Positions 26,017 to 36,963 of a stretch of DNA of 64,000 bases are shown here, piece after piece. Source of the DNA: an uncultured virus (IMG/VR IMGVR_UViG_3300032327_000778) (lineage: Duplodnaviria > Heunggongvirae > Uroviricota > Caudoviricetes); IMG/VR virus record IMGVR_UViG_3300032327_000778, one strand, 5' to 3'. The translations under genes were made by a program, and so were the position numbers. The first letter of the stretch is position 1. Each line of letters opens with the position of its first letter. The notes beneath the pieces were generated by a model, which was given only the letters and a program-made list of their open reading frames with translations, did not search any database and was not told where the DNA came from.

Positions 26017-29000
26017 TGTGGCATAATAAATATATAGGATTACCTTATAAAGCCAATGGCAGAGAGCACTCAGGTATTGACTGCTGGGGATTAACACGTC
26101 TAGTGTATAAGGAACAGTTTAATATTGATTTACCAAGTCTGGTAAGTGACTATAATGGTGACAGTGGTAAAAATGTTCCTGAACTAGTAAATATTCAGTT
26201 TGGTTTGAATTTGCCAAATTTGATAGAATACAATGGTGACGATAAAAATAGTCGTGAATTAGTTAATATTCAAAAAGAGTCTTGGCAACTAGTTACTACA
26301 CCAGAAATACCTGACGTATGTGTATTTAATATTTTAGGTCAGCCTACTCACGTTGGCGTTTATATTGGTAATAGAAATTTTCTACATATCAATGAAGGCC
26401 ATACTAGTATAATTGAATCACTGGATAACGCTAAATGGGCAAAAAGACTAGAAGGTTTCTATAGATACTCTTCGCGACAAATTCAATTAACCGGCGCTCC
26501 ACATCCACTACAAAATCAAATAGCTACCGACTGGGTAGCAGCAGGAAAAAATTTAGAAGAATTATCGGTATATATTAAACAAAAGTATCAAATTAGTGAT
26601 AGGTTGTTTGAAAGAATTATAATAGTTGTTGATGGTGTACCAGTTGATAAAATACACTGGCATACCAGAGCATTACTACCAGGCGAAACTGTAGCATACA
26701 GAGTATTAGCAGGTAAAAATGCTGTTAGAGCAGTATTAACAGTTGCTTTAATTGTAGCAGTAGCTACTTTTGCACCAATGGCGGGAACCGCTTTAGTTGG
26801 TCTTACAGGTGCTACAGGTATGGCTGCTACAGCCGTATATACTGTTGGATATATAGCTGCAGCAGCAGCAATAGGATTTGTTGGCGGCAAATTAATTAAT
26901 GCAATTGCTCCAGTTAGAATGCCCGATCCAGTAAATGATCCAGGTACTCCAGGAACCTTAAATCTGTTTAATGGTACAACCAACCAGATGAATAGATTTG
27001 GAGCCATCCCTGTTGTCCTAGGCAAAGTCCGTATGACAGGGGTACTTGGTGCACAACCTTATATTCACAGTTTAGAAAATAGTAATAATATTAGTACTAT
27101 ACTAATCTGGGGTTTTGGTCCACTGCTAATTGAAGATTTACAAATTGGTACTATACCTATTGCTAGTTTTTATAATGACTTAACTACAGGCACATTAAGT
27201 CAACTAGCGCCGGCACATCTTTATGGTTATTCCACAGAAGATCAGGAGAGTTTTAACAACCTTTACGGTCAAGAAGTTCAACAAGTATATGCAAGTGCTG
27301 GTGGGCCAGTAGAGTTAGTAAATAACGATACTTTAGGTAATCCTTGGACTGAAATTAGTTTAACTGATGAAGTTACTAGCATGGCTTTAAGCTTTACATT
27401 TCCACAGGGATGTAGAGCAATTAATGTAAAAGATGGAAAAATAAGTACTGCACAAACAGATATAGAAATTCAATATAAAACACATTATCAAGCCGATGGT
27501 GTAACAGAAAATAAAACTAATTGGATTACTACTGGTACATATGCTACATCAGTTAATTCAAATTTACTGACTCAGCAAACAAAAACTTGGGTTGTGCCTA
27601 TTCCAGCGCCTATTGATTTTCCGGAAACTACTACTAATCCTGACTATCCTACACTATATCAATGGTTTGTGATTAGTATTGGTCAAGGTGGTCGCCTTAC
27701 TATGACTGAGGGAACACCAACTAATGATCCTGCTAGCAGTGTACCGCCACGAGATTTAAAAAGTTATTTTTATCAGAAAAATTTTGCAAGTTTGTCAGCA
27801 GTAGCACAACCTTGGGTAAGTACCGGCGTATATAAGCAAAATGACTTAGTTAAATATAATGGCGTAACATACGCAAGTCTACAAGACAATAATACTAATC
27901 ATCCACCAAATGCTACAAATTTTAATCTATACTGGGTTTATCCAGATCCTAGCGGCTATTATTTATATGCAGTTAAACCTTTTATACCGCAAGGCGATAT
28001 AAAATTATATGAGTTTTGTTTAAAAACAGGTGTAGGACTTTTTGGCTCAATAGTAGATTTTAGAGGTACAGTAAATGTTAACTATACAGGATTTAATCTT
28101 ACAGTAACTAATAATACTAACAATAAGTTAGATTGGGTTCAAGAATCTGCTGGATCTGTAACTGTAACTATGGCTGGTGGAAAATTAACAAGTAGTGGCT
28201 ATGCAACAGGTACAGAAAATTTAATTTTTAACGGTACTAGTTTTAGTAATGTTGCTGCTTATAGTAGTAGTACTAATACTATTTCTACTTGGTCACCACT
28301 GTTAATTAATAATGGAATTTGGTCTACAACTGGAGATAATGTTGCGGATTTTAATGCAACTGTACAATTTCCAGTTACCGGATATTATACAATTGAAATG
28401 GCCGTTGTAGGTACGGCAAATTTATATATTGCTGGAGCTGATTATAATAGTCCTAATAATACTGGATTTATAGGAAAATTTGCTAACAATGTACTTGATT
28501 CGTATAAAACAGCAACAGCAAAATTACCATTAGATGTAGCGGAAATTACTCCTGTACTTAGTATTGACAATAACTTTTTTGGAACCAAATTTACAACTAC
28601 ACTTAATGTTACAAAAGGTACTAGAAAAATAAGGTTAATTAGTAGAGGTGACGCACCATTTAGTGCTGGTGGTAATTCTTATACTGGCAGAGTTGCACTA
28701 AGAATTACTTATATAGCCGGTGGTGATTTAAATCCTAATCCACAAACTACTAATAAACTTTCAATAGGTATTGCTGGTACTTATGAAAAACGAAAAGATC
28801 CATTTAATTATACCTATTGGTTTTATAATTTACCTAAAGCTAAATATGATATTAGAGTTCGTAGAGCAAATAGCGATAAAGATGAAGAGGGTGACTTACG
28901 ATTATTTTATAATGTACAGGTAAATTCTTTAACTGGATATAGTAATAATGGTCCAACAAATAATCCGCCAGGATGTTATTTAGCTAAAAGTGCTATTAGA

Positions 29001-30956
29001 CTTGAAAGTACGGGAAAAGTTAATGGTAGTGTAGATGGTATTAATGCATTAGTAACTACAAAAACATATGATTGGAATGGTACTGGCTGGAATAATAGTG
29101 ATCCTAATACACCTGTTAATACTTTATCAAATGGTACTCATTGGGTTCCTGATCAACCTACTAATAATCCTGCAAGTTTATTTATCTACGTTCTTACACA
29201 TTGCGCCAATGCTTATGCTGTACCACTAACAAAAGTACCATCACAAATTGATTTATTAAAACTACAAGAATGGCACACATTCTGCTTTGTTAAAAAATTA
29301 GCATTTAACAATGTACTTACAAATACTCAAAGTGTTATGGATACGCTTAGAGATATTTGTGCTGCTGGTCTTGCTAGTCCAGCACTGGTAAATGGTAAGT
29401 GGACTGTTGTTATTGATAGACCTAGACCCTATGTAACTCAATATTTTACTCCACACAACAGTTGGGGATTTTCATCAACAAAAACATTGCCTAGACTACC
29501 AGATGCACTAAGAATTACTATTCAAGACGAGTCTAAAGCATATCAACCAGACGAGTTCTTTGTATACAGAGATGGATTTACAGAATCAACAGCAAAAATT
29601 TATGAACAAATAAATTTTCCTGGTGTAACTAATAAAGCTCAAGCTATATACTTAGCTAAGTTTCACTTAGCACAAGCAAAACTTAGACCAGAAACTTATA
29701 GTCTTAATGTAGATTTTGAACACCTAGTGTGTACCAGAGGTGATCTTGTAAGAGTTTCGCACGATATTCCTGAGTGGGGTATTGGAACTGGCAGAATTAC
29801 AAAAATAGAAAATCCTACTGCTAATACAACTAAATTAACATTAAGTGAAGAATTCTACATAGAACCTAATAAAATATACATTATTAGAATTAGAACTGTA
29901 CAGGGTGCAGTTGTAAAAACTTTTAGCACGCCAGTTGCCATTGGCGCGGCTCAGTATATCAATGAAATAACGATTAATGAGCAGTTATTAACGCTATCTA
30001 CTCCACCACAAGTAGATAACTTATATATGCTTGGAATTACTACAACTTTAATACCTACCACTTATAGTGATTCTCAAGAATTAGTTGTGCTAGCCGTTGA
30101 AACTCAGAGTAATAATACTGCTAAACTTACACTTACAGACTATTCGCCAACGCTATATGACGATGATTTTTCAAATGATGTATTTTTACCTAATATTACT
30201 GGCGCACACACTGATGTATTAATACAGCGTATTATTCAAACACCAATTATTATTAATACAGATAGTGATCCATTGTATGCAGTACAAATATCGCCAGGTA
30301 TATACCAAAATACTTTAGTTGTAGCCATTGGACATCCTAACGGACTTCCAGCATTAGCAACTAAAATTCAACTTGCCATTGTTGAAGCAGAAGCGCAATT
30401 TAATGACGACACTCTATCTGGGGTAATCGTAGTTGATAAATCACAAAGTTCATTTAGCATACCTGGTTTAATATCTACCAAAGGTTATAAAATCAAGGTT
30501 AGATATTCTAATGCAACAGGTAGTATTACAGGACCTTGGTCTTATCCACCAGTTACTGTTTCTATTACTGGAAAAAGTGGAGTTGGTAGTAATACCATAG
30601 AACCACCACTAATAGATGTTTATTTAGATGATCACTATATTTACGCTAATCCTCTGAGTTTTGAACTACTAAACAATAGTGATTTTAAAACTTTTGAGTA
30701 TAGAGTGTATAGAAATCCTGGTGGTGGAGATTTCTGGCAATTAGGTACTGGTTTAACAGATATAAAATCAGTTCAAACCCGCGGGCCTGGTAGAATTAAT
30801 ATTATGGAATTTGATTTAGGCTCAGGTGTAGACCCTAAACCAAGGCTAAGTTTTGCAGGCATTCAATATAGAGTTGCTTGTAGAACCGTAGACACAAATA
30901 ACAACTATAGCCTTACTAGTTCTCTTGGAACAGTAATTGTGACTCATATAAAATAA
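26016..30956 (+). CDS. Fused NlpC/P60 (gpK-like) + gpI-like + central tail tip / host-specificity (gpJ-like) protein
   Basis: GIDCWGL..HVGVY..FLH; IPVVLGK; KYDIRVRR; TNNPA; RGDLV.VSHD; FN3-like C-terminus. Confidence 0.85.
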   Translation: MWHNKYIGLPYKANGREHSGIDCWGLTRLVYKEQFNIDLPSLVSDYNGDSGKNVPELVNIQFGLNLPNLIEYNGDDKNSRELVNIQKESWQLVTTPEIPDVCVFNILGQPTHVGVYIGNRNFLHINEGHTSIIESLDNAKWAKRLEGFYRYSSRQIQLTGAPHPLQNQIATDWVAAGKNLEELSVYIKQKYQISDRLFERIIIVVDGVPVDKIHWHTRALLPGETVAYRVLAGKNAVRAVLTVALIVAVATFAPMAGTALVGLTGATGMAATAVYTVGYIAAAAAIGFVGGKLINAIAPVRMPDPVNDPGTPGTLNLFNGTTNQMNRFGAIPVVLGKVRMTGVLGAQPYIHSLENSNNISTILIWGFGPLLIEDLQIGTIPIASFYNDLTTGTLSQLAPAHLYGYSTEDQESFNNLYGQEVQQVYASAGGPVELVNNDTLGNPWTEISLTDEVTSMALSFTFPQGCRAINVKDGKISTAQTDIEIQYKTHYQADGVTENKTNWITTGTYATSVNSNLLTQQTKTWVVPIPAPIDFPETTTNPDYPTLYQWFVISIGQGGRLTMTEGTPTNDPASSVPPRDLKSYFYQKNFASLSAVAQPWVSTGVYKQNDLVKYNGVTYASLQDNNTNHPPNATNFNLYWVYPDPSGYYLYAVKPFIPQGDIKLYEFCLKTGVGLFGSIVDFRGTVNVNYTGFNLTVTNNTNNKLDWVQESAGSVTVTMAGGKLTSSGYATGTENLIFNGTSFSNVAAYSSSTNTISTWSPLLINNGIWSTTGDNVADFNATVQFPVTGYYTIEMAVVGTANLYIAGADYNSPNNTGFIGKFANNVLDSYKTATAKLPLDVAEITPVLSIDNNFFGTKFTTTLNVTKGTRKIRLISRGDAPFSAGGNSYTGRVALRITYIAGGDLNPNPQTTNKLSIGIAGTYEKRKDPFNYTYWFYNLPKAKYDIRVRRANSDKDEEGDLRLFYNVQVNSLTGYSNNGPTNNPPGCYLAKSAIRLESTGKVNGSVDGINALVTTKTYDWNGTGWNNSDPNTPVNTLSNGTHWVPDQPTNNPASLFIYVLTHCANAYAVPLTKVPSQIDLLKLQEWHTFCFVKKLAFNNVLTNTQSVMDTLRDICAAGLASPALVNGKWTVVIDRPRPYVTQYFTPHNSWGFSSTKTLPRLPDALRITIQDESKAYQPDEFFVYRDGFTESTAKIYEQINFPGVTNKAQAIYLAKFHLAQAKLRPETYSLNVDFEHLVCTRGDLVRVSHDIPEWGIGTGRITKIENPTANTTKLTLSEEFYIEPNKIYIIRIRTVQGAVVKTFSTPVAIGAAQYINEITINEQLLTLSTPPQVDNLYMLGITTTLIPTTYSDSQELVVLAVETQSNNTAKLTLTDYSPTLYDDDFSNDVFLPNITGAHTDVLIQRIIQTPIIINTDSDPLYAVQISPGIYQNTLVVAIGHPNGLPALATKIQLAIVEAEAQFNDDTLSGVIVVDKSQSSFSIPGLISTKGYKIKVRYSNATGSITGPWSYPPVTVSITGKSGVGSNTIEPPLIDVYLDDHYIYANPLSFELLNNSDFKTFEYRVYRNPGGGDFWQLGTGLTDIKSVQTRGPGRINIMEFDLGSGVDPKPRLSFAGIQYRVACRTVDTNNNYSLTSSLGTVIVTHIK

Positions 30957-30965
30957 AGGATTATT

Positions 30966-33900
30966 ATGACAGTAAAAGCATATTTAAATCCTGGAATTAA
31001 ATCTTTAAACTTAAGCATAAGTAGTCCTACCGATACTTACAGTGGTCGAAACAGAAATGATTTGAGCACTGTTAAAGTATGGTGCTGCACAGTTTCTGGT
31101 TTTGATGTAACTACTTTTAGTCCATTTCCAGGTGACCCACCTACACTAGATAAAAATTTAGTTTACGACGGTTTAAGCCTACAGGTGCATATACCTAATT
31201 TAATACCTAATACCCAGTATTATGTTAAATATGCACTTGTATCCAATATAGATCCTAGTCCACTAGGTTACACTATTTTTGGAGAACTGACTTCATTTGT
31301 ATATGAAAATCCTACTGATGGTGAATTTTTACTAGCAGGTGATGGCGACGGTGGATTTCAAAACGTAACACTAGGTCCAGGACTAAGCCTTGACAATAAT
31401 GTTTTAACAACTTTTGGACTTGCAAAAACCACTGAAAGTTTTGTGGTTATGGAATACAGCGGTCAGCTGCTAAATGAGCGAAAACTAACACAAGGTGCTG
31501 GTATTCTTATTACTGACGATGGTCCTAATAACAAGGTGACTATTAGTTTAGGCGGTCTAGGAGCACTAACTAGTGTTGGTTTAGAGGCAGCCAACGACTT
31601 TTTCTTAAGTATTAGTAATAGCCCACTAGTAGCCAATGGAAGTATTGGTCTAGGCTATAAAGAGGGTATGGCTGTACCAGTTACTTCAGGTGGTACTGGT
31701 AGGATACACCTTGGTCAAGGCGTACTAATGGCTAATAATGCTGGTACGGTTAAAACAGGTGTGGCTGGAGTTGACTATCAAGGCCCTACTAGTGGTGCAG
31801 ATGTATTAATGGGCAACGGTACTGGCGGTATAAAAAACGTCAGTATTGGTGCCTTTTTAAACTTTCAAAATGGCGTGCTTGGTGTTGACTTTAGTCTTCC
31901 TGGTGGCTCTGGTGGTAGTAATGCAAATGTTGGAGGTACTGGCGGAAGTACTGGGAATAATACTTCAAATTCAGCTACTTCAGCACTAAGCAGTTTAATA
32001 TCAACTTTATTTCCAGTTTTAAACAATGGTATAGCCAATACCTATCCTATTATAAATAACGGTACTAAAGACAGGCCAAATATTGGCTTAGCTAATGCTT
32101 TAGCTGTAAAATATGGAGGTACCGGAGCTGAGAATCGAGATAATGCTAGACGCAATATTATGCCTCTTGCACTTGGCGTAAGTATGAAGGGCTGGGTATT
32201 GACATTAGATAGTGGTGGAATAGACTCTTACTGGGAACCATCTCAACTTTCTAAGGCAGCAGTAGCTCAAATGAATGCTACTGCACCACTTAGTATAGAA
32301 AATTTTGCAATAACTAGTTGGGATCCAGCTACACCAGGCGGTCGTGGAGTCAATATTAGTTTATCAGGTATTGTATCTATAGCACAAGGCGGTACAGGTG
32401 CTAATACTGTAATAGAAGCTAGAAAAGCTTTACTGCCAAGTTATGCTACTAAGGGTACAAAATTTTTACGCATTAACAGAGAAGAAACAGATCTTGAGTG
32501 GATAGATGTACCTATGCCACAGCTAAGCAATGGATACGTTATAGGTACTGGAAATCAGGGAAGAATTGACGGCGAAGCTGATGGTTACAAAGAACCAGCA
32601 AATATTTTAACTTTAAGAAGCGCCTATAATAACAATAATTATCCTTATGCTTATGGAAATATACTTACGCTAGGAGGTGAAGGTGGTAATGAGATATTTG
32701 TTGGTTGGCCTAATGTAGGCGGAGTTTCTGGTCAAAGTACTCAACACGCAAATGCTTACATACGTAGTCGTAGAGATATAAGTAATAATTGGAGTCCTTG
32801 GACACCTATTGTTACCAAAGCAAATTACCAAAGTCTAGGAATGTTTTCAAATGTTGCCGTTAGTGGCAGCTATACAGATTTATTAGGAAAACCGCTTTTA
32901 GCAAACGTTGCTATTACTGGTAGTTATGCAGATTTAGTAGATAAACCAGCTATTCCAGCAACACAAGTTAATAGTGACTGGAATGCCACAACTGGTGTAT
33001 CACAAATCTTAAATAAACCTAATATTCCTACAAAACTTAGTAATCTAGCAGATGTTAATACTGCTGGCGTAGCCAGTAATCAAATTTTAATCTATAATGC
33101 TAGTGCTAATGTTTGGAAGCCTGGTAATGCTAACTCACTTATAAGTGGACAAAGTGCAAGTGCAAATTATGCAGAAACTGCTAATAATGTAGCACAAGTA
33201 GTACCAATTACTTTAGGTGGTACTGGAGCTAATACTCGGCAGGGTGCGCTAAACGCCTTAACAGGCGGTGCACCACTAAATAAAATTTTACGTGGTGATG
33301 GTACTAATGCGGTATGGGGCAGTATTGTTTCCGGTGACTTAAACGGACTTAGTATTACTGCTAATCTTACTGGTAATGTTAATGGTACTGCACAAAATGC
33401 AAACGTTGCTTATAGTCTTGGTGGAAGTGCAGTTATTGCAATTATTAATGGCGGCACTGGTAAAAATAACAGACAAGATGCAATTAATGAACTAACTAAT
33501 AATATTAAAACAGAAGGGTATCATTTACGAATTGATGCTACCGGCAATGCTAAAATGGACAGCATTAAGGCCACAGATTTAGCAGGTCTTACTCTTGGTG
33601 CAAATGTTACTGGTAGTGCAGGTACTGTTACTACTACAGTTGGAATTAGTTTAGGTGGTACAGGTCAAGTCACTAGACAAGCCGCAATTAATTTTTTAGT
33701 TTCTGCTAATGCTACAAATATAACTACTGGTGGTGGTGGGGGAAGATACGTAAAATCAACAGATGGCATTAATATGGTAATGGCTAATATTGCTGCTACC
33801 GATGTACCACAATTAGACCAAAACACTACAGGAAGTGCTGGTAGTTTAGTAAGTACTTATATATTACCAGCTATTCAAGGTGGTACTGGTCAAGGTGGGC

Positions 33901-34889
33901 ACACTGCTTTTACAGTTGGAGATATTTTATACGCTAGTAGTCCTAATACCTTAAGTAAACTAGCTGGTATTGGTGTTGGTAACGTACTATTAGCTAAAGG
34001 TGTAGGAGTTGCCCCAGCTTATGGTAAGATAGATTTAGCTACTATGACTACTGGTCAACTTCCTGCCGGCTCTGGCGGTACTGGTGCTACTGGTACCACA
34101 GGAACCGGTAGTGCGGTACTATCAACTAATGCAGTATTAGTAACACCTAATATTGGTATACCTAGTGCTGGTGTATTGACTAATGTAACTGGATTACCTC
34201 TAACTACTGGAACCACAGGAGTATTGCCGATAAGTAAAGGCGGTACTAATGTAAGTAGTGTTACTGCTGGTGCACTATTAAAAGGAGGTACTGGAGGTAC
34301 TTCTATTGTTAGTGCCGTTGCCGGTACTGATTATCTTGCTCCTACTAGTGGTACTAGTATTCTTGCCGGTAATGGTGCTGGTGGTTTTACAAATGTTAGT
34401 TTGGGCGGACCGCTTACTTATACTGCTGGAACATTGAGCTCTACTGCATTAGATCCTAGTCTTCCGTATACTTGGACAGCTCTACAAATCTTTAATAAGT
34501 CATTATTTGTTGCACCTACAGAAATTATTGTTATTAATACCACTTCTCCTAATGGTACTAATTGTACACTAAATGCTATTACTGCACCAATTATGTGGAC
34601 TACGGCAAATCCAACGGCAAATTGGACTCTAAACATTACAGGCGTAAGTACACTATTAGCTACAAATAATAAATCTTTATCTATTGTTCACTTAGTATCA
34701 AATGGAACTCCAGCATATTATCAAGCAGCACTAAGTATTGATAGTGTGGCACAGTCTTCTGTAAAATGGCTAGGAGGTATTATACCTAGCAACGGTAATG
34801 CAAGCAGCATAGATATTTATACTTTTACAATACTTAAAGATAATACTGGAAGTTATACTACTATAGCTTCTGTAGCGAGGTATGCATAA
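30966..34889 (+). CDS. Tail fibre protein (1307 aa)
   Basis: Many xxGGTG repeats, SGSY.DL..KP repeats, Gly/Thr-rich; follows tail tip gene. Confidence 0.75.
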   Translation: MTVKAYLNPGIKSLNLSISSPTDTYSGRNRNDLSTVKVWCCTVSGFDVTTFSPFPGDPPTLDKNLVYDGLSLQVHIPNLIPNTQYYVKYALVSNIDPSPLGYTIFGELTSFVYENPTDGEFLLAGDGDGGFQNVTLGPGLSLDNNVLTTFGLAKTTESFVVMEYSGQLLNERKLTQGAGILITDDGPNNKVTISLGGLGALTSVGLEAANDFFLSISNSPLVANGSIGLGYKEGMAVPVTSGGTGRIHLGQGVLMANNAGTVKTGVAGVDYQGPTSGADVLMGNGTGGIKNVSIGAFLNFQNGVLGVDFSLPGGSGGSNANVGGTGGSTGNNTSNSATSALSSLISTLFPVLNNGIANTYPIINNGTKDRPNIGLANALAVKYGGTGAENRDNARRNIMPLALGVSMKGWVLTLDSGGIDSYWEPSQLSKAAVAQMNATAPLSIENFAITSWDPATPGGRGVNISLSGIVSIAQGGTGANTVIEARKALLPSYATKGTKFLRINREETDLEWIDVPMPQLSNGYVIGTGNQGRIDGEADGYKEPANILTLRSAYNNNNYPYAYGNILTLGGEGGNEIFVGWPNVGGVSGQSTQHANAYIRSRRDISNNWSPWTPIVTKANYQSLGMFSNVAVSGSYTDLLGKPLLANVAITGSYADLVDKPAIPATQVNSDWNATTGVSQILNKPNIPTKLSNLADVNTAGVASNQILIYNASANVWKPGNANSLISGQSASANYAETANNVAQVVPITLGGTGANTRQGALNALTGGAPLNKILRGDGTNAVWGSIVSGDLNGLSITANLTGNVNGTAQNANVAYSLGGSAVIAIINGGTGKNNRQDAINELTNNIKTEGYHLRIDATGNAKMDSIKATDLAGLTLGANVTGSAGTVTTTVGISLGGTGQVTRQAAINFLVSANATNITTGGGGGRYVKSTDGINMVMANIAATDVPQLDQNTTGSAGSLVSTYILPAIQGGTGQGGHTAFTVGDILYASSPNTLSKLAGIGVGNVLLAKGVGVAPAYGKIDLATMTTGQLPAGSGGTGATGTTGTGSAVLSTNAVLVTPNIGIPSAGVLTNVTGLPLTTGTTGVLPISKGGTNVSSVTAGALLKGGTGGTSIVSAVAGTDYLAPTSGTSILAGNGAGGFTNVSLGGPLTYTAGTLSSTALDPSLPYTWTALQIFNKSLFVAPTEIIVINTTSPNGTNCTLNAITAPIMWTTANPTANWTLNITGVSTLLATNNKSLSIVHLVSNGTPAYYQAALSIDSVAQSSVKWLGGIIPSNGNASSIDIYTFTILKDNTGSYTTIASVARYA

Positions 34890-36460
34890 TGCCAATGATT
34901 GCAACTACAGCAAGTATGAGTATTCTTGGATTTGGTGGTTTAGGTCATCAAGCCACTGGTAATCCAGGCATTAATACTGCCTGGCTTGCCAGAATTGGTA
35001 ATTTTGGTAATACTGGTTTTAATACTACAAATATTAGTACTCAAGTAGCAGTAGATCCTGCTACCGGTGATTTTTATATAGTTGGAAAAGACAATGGAGT
35101 TGTTAGTAACGGCGGCAATGCTATAATGAAAATTAAAAGTACTGGTCTTATTGAATGGCAAAAAATAGTAGGGGCATTTCAAGGTTTTTGTCATGCACAA
35201 GATTGTTGTGTTGATAGTGCTGGAGATCTCTACTGGGTTGGTACAAGTTACGGAACTCCTGGTCAACCTGCTGGTTATGCAGGCGGGGGTCAACAAGATG
35301 TGCTTTTTGGCAAGTATACTAAAACCGGTACTTTAGCATTTGCAAAACGAATGAATAGTACTTTTAGTACTGGTGGTATTGAATTTGGTGAAGGCATTGC
35401 GTATTCTGCATCAGATAACACTGTTGTGATTACAGGTAAAGGTTCACAATATGTGGGCACAAGTTTACTGGCTAATCGTTGTTTTGTAGCTAAATTTAAT
35501 ACTGATGGTAGTTTAGTTTGGAAATATTGGTATGCTGCAATATCTAGTTCTGTTGGTTTTTATGGCAAAGGAATTAGCGTAGATACTAGTGGCAATATTT
35601 ATATAAGTGTATACAGTAGTATTAATAACATAGGAAATACACTACTTGCATTAAATAGTAGTGGCGGTATTCGTTGGGCATATAGATTAAGAATAAATAA
35701 TGCCTCAGCAGCACAAATGGTACCATACAGAACTGTTACAACTAGTAATGGTAATGTAGCAATGGCAATATCTGGCAGTGCTACAGTACCCACTACTAAA
35801 TATTTTATTGTAGTTGGTATGTATAATTCCGGTGGCGGATTAATCTGGACAAAAGCTGTAGATAAAAATAGAGTTAGTACTTCACAATTTCCTTTAATTA
35901 CTGATACTGGACCAGGCACTCCTTTAACTTCTGGCCCTAACAATTTAATGGGCATTGCTGCAGATAGTAGTGGTAATATCTATGTTGCTACAAATGGCAG
36001 ATCTAATACAACTGCAGATTGTATACTACTCTACAAATTCGCAGCAGCAAATGGTGCTGTGCTATGGGTTCGTGCTATTTATATTAATACTGGGTCAATA
36101 CAAACTGTTCCTACCGGATTAACTTGTTTAGGAAATTTTTTATATCTTGTAGGTACAACTTATTTTGAAACTACAACTATCAGTAACTATGGAAACTATT
36201 TATTTGCTAAATTACCTATAGACGGTACTGCAATATCTGCTATTGGATATACAATAGACACTGGTATTAGTTATTTAAATACTGATGTAACTAGCTTTCA
36301 TACAGAAGTAGCTTTACCAAGTGGAATTGTTAGTGAATACATTGCAGGTGATGTAAGTCAGAGTAATACAACCATTTATGATGGGCTAACTGATACAAGT
36401 ACTTTAACACAATATACAAACACTATGACTTTACAATCTAAATTAATTTCAGTTCGTTAG
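34889..36460 (+). CDS. Beta-propeller protein, probable receptor-binding tip
   Basis: Repeats of VDxSGNIY...K.N..G...W; TAATG-coupled to fibre. Confidence 0.65.
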   Translation: MPMIATTASMSILGFGGLGHQATGNPGINTAWLARIGNFGNTGFNTTNISTQVAVDPATGDFYIVGKDNGVVSNGGNAIMKIKSTGLIEWQKIVGAFQGFCHAQDCCVDSAGDLYWVGTSYGTPGQPAGYAGGGQQDVLFGKYTKTGTLAFAKRMNSTFSTGGIEFGEGIAYSASDNTVVITGKGSQYVGTSLLANRCFVAKFNTDGSLVWKYWYAAISSSVGFYGKGISVDTSGNIYISVYSSINNIGNTLLALNSSGGIRWAYRLRINNASAAQMVPYRTVTTSNGNVAMAISGSATVPTTKYFIVVGMYNSGGGLIWTKAVDKNRVSTSQFPLITDTGPGTPLTSGPNNLMGIAADSSGNIYVATNGRSNTTADCILLYKFAAANGAVLWVRAIYINTGSIQTVPTGLTCLGNFLYLVGTTYFETTTISNYGNYLFAKLPIDGTAISAIGYTIDTGISYLNTDVTSFHTEVALPSGIVSEYIAGDVSQSNTTIYDGLTDTSTLTQYTNTMTLQSKLISVR

Positions 36461-36464
36461 ATAT

Positions 36465-36510
36465 AAAAAAAAAAATACCCACCCATTAACAGGGGTGGGT
36501 ATTTTTTTAT
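36465..36510. terminator. Intrinsic terminator (bidirectional form)
   Basis: A11-TACCCACCC...GGGTGGGTA-T7. Confidence 0.85.
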
Positions 36511-36511
36511 A

Positions 36512-36540
36512 TTGACACTTTAAACCCACCGTGTTATAAT
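36512..36540 (+). promoter_or_regulatory. Consensus sigma70 promoter for second fibre/lysis operon
   Basis: TTGACA-N17-TATAAT. Confidence 0.85.
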
Positions 36541-36600
36541 ATAACAAAATTACTATGTTATCATAATTTTTTTAGGTCTGTAACTCAAGGAGTTTTATCA

Positions 36601-36963
36601 ATGAATCCAGAAGAAAGTTACTCATTACTACAAGTTATAGGTGTAGGTTTTGCCGGTTTATTAACTATTAGTTTTCTATTACAAAAATTCTTGACTGGAT
36701 TTAAAACAGATAAAACAGAAAACTCTATACTTAATTTAATGCATCAAGAACTAGAGCGCATGAGCGAACAAAATACTAAATTAAGTACAGAATTAGGTAA
36801 GTTACAAGAAGAAGTAATTGAACTAAATCAACAAATTAGAAATTTAACTACTGAAAACCAACGTTTACATGAAGAAATTGCCACCCTTACTAAAGAGATT
36901 AGTAAGTTAAAAGACCTGTCCATTATTAAACATAAGGAAACAACATGGCACGATCAAGACTAA
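36601..36963 (+). CDS. Membrane-anchored coiled-coil protein
   Basis: One N-terminal TM plus heptad-rich region; AAGGAG SD. Confidence 0.7.
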   Translation: MNPEESYSLLQVIGVGFAGLLTISFLLQKFLTGFKTDKTENSILNLMHQELERMSEQNTKLSTELGKLQEEVIELNQQIRNLTTENQRLHEEIATLTKEISKLKDLSIIKHKETTWHDQD

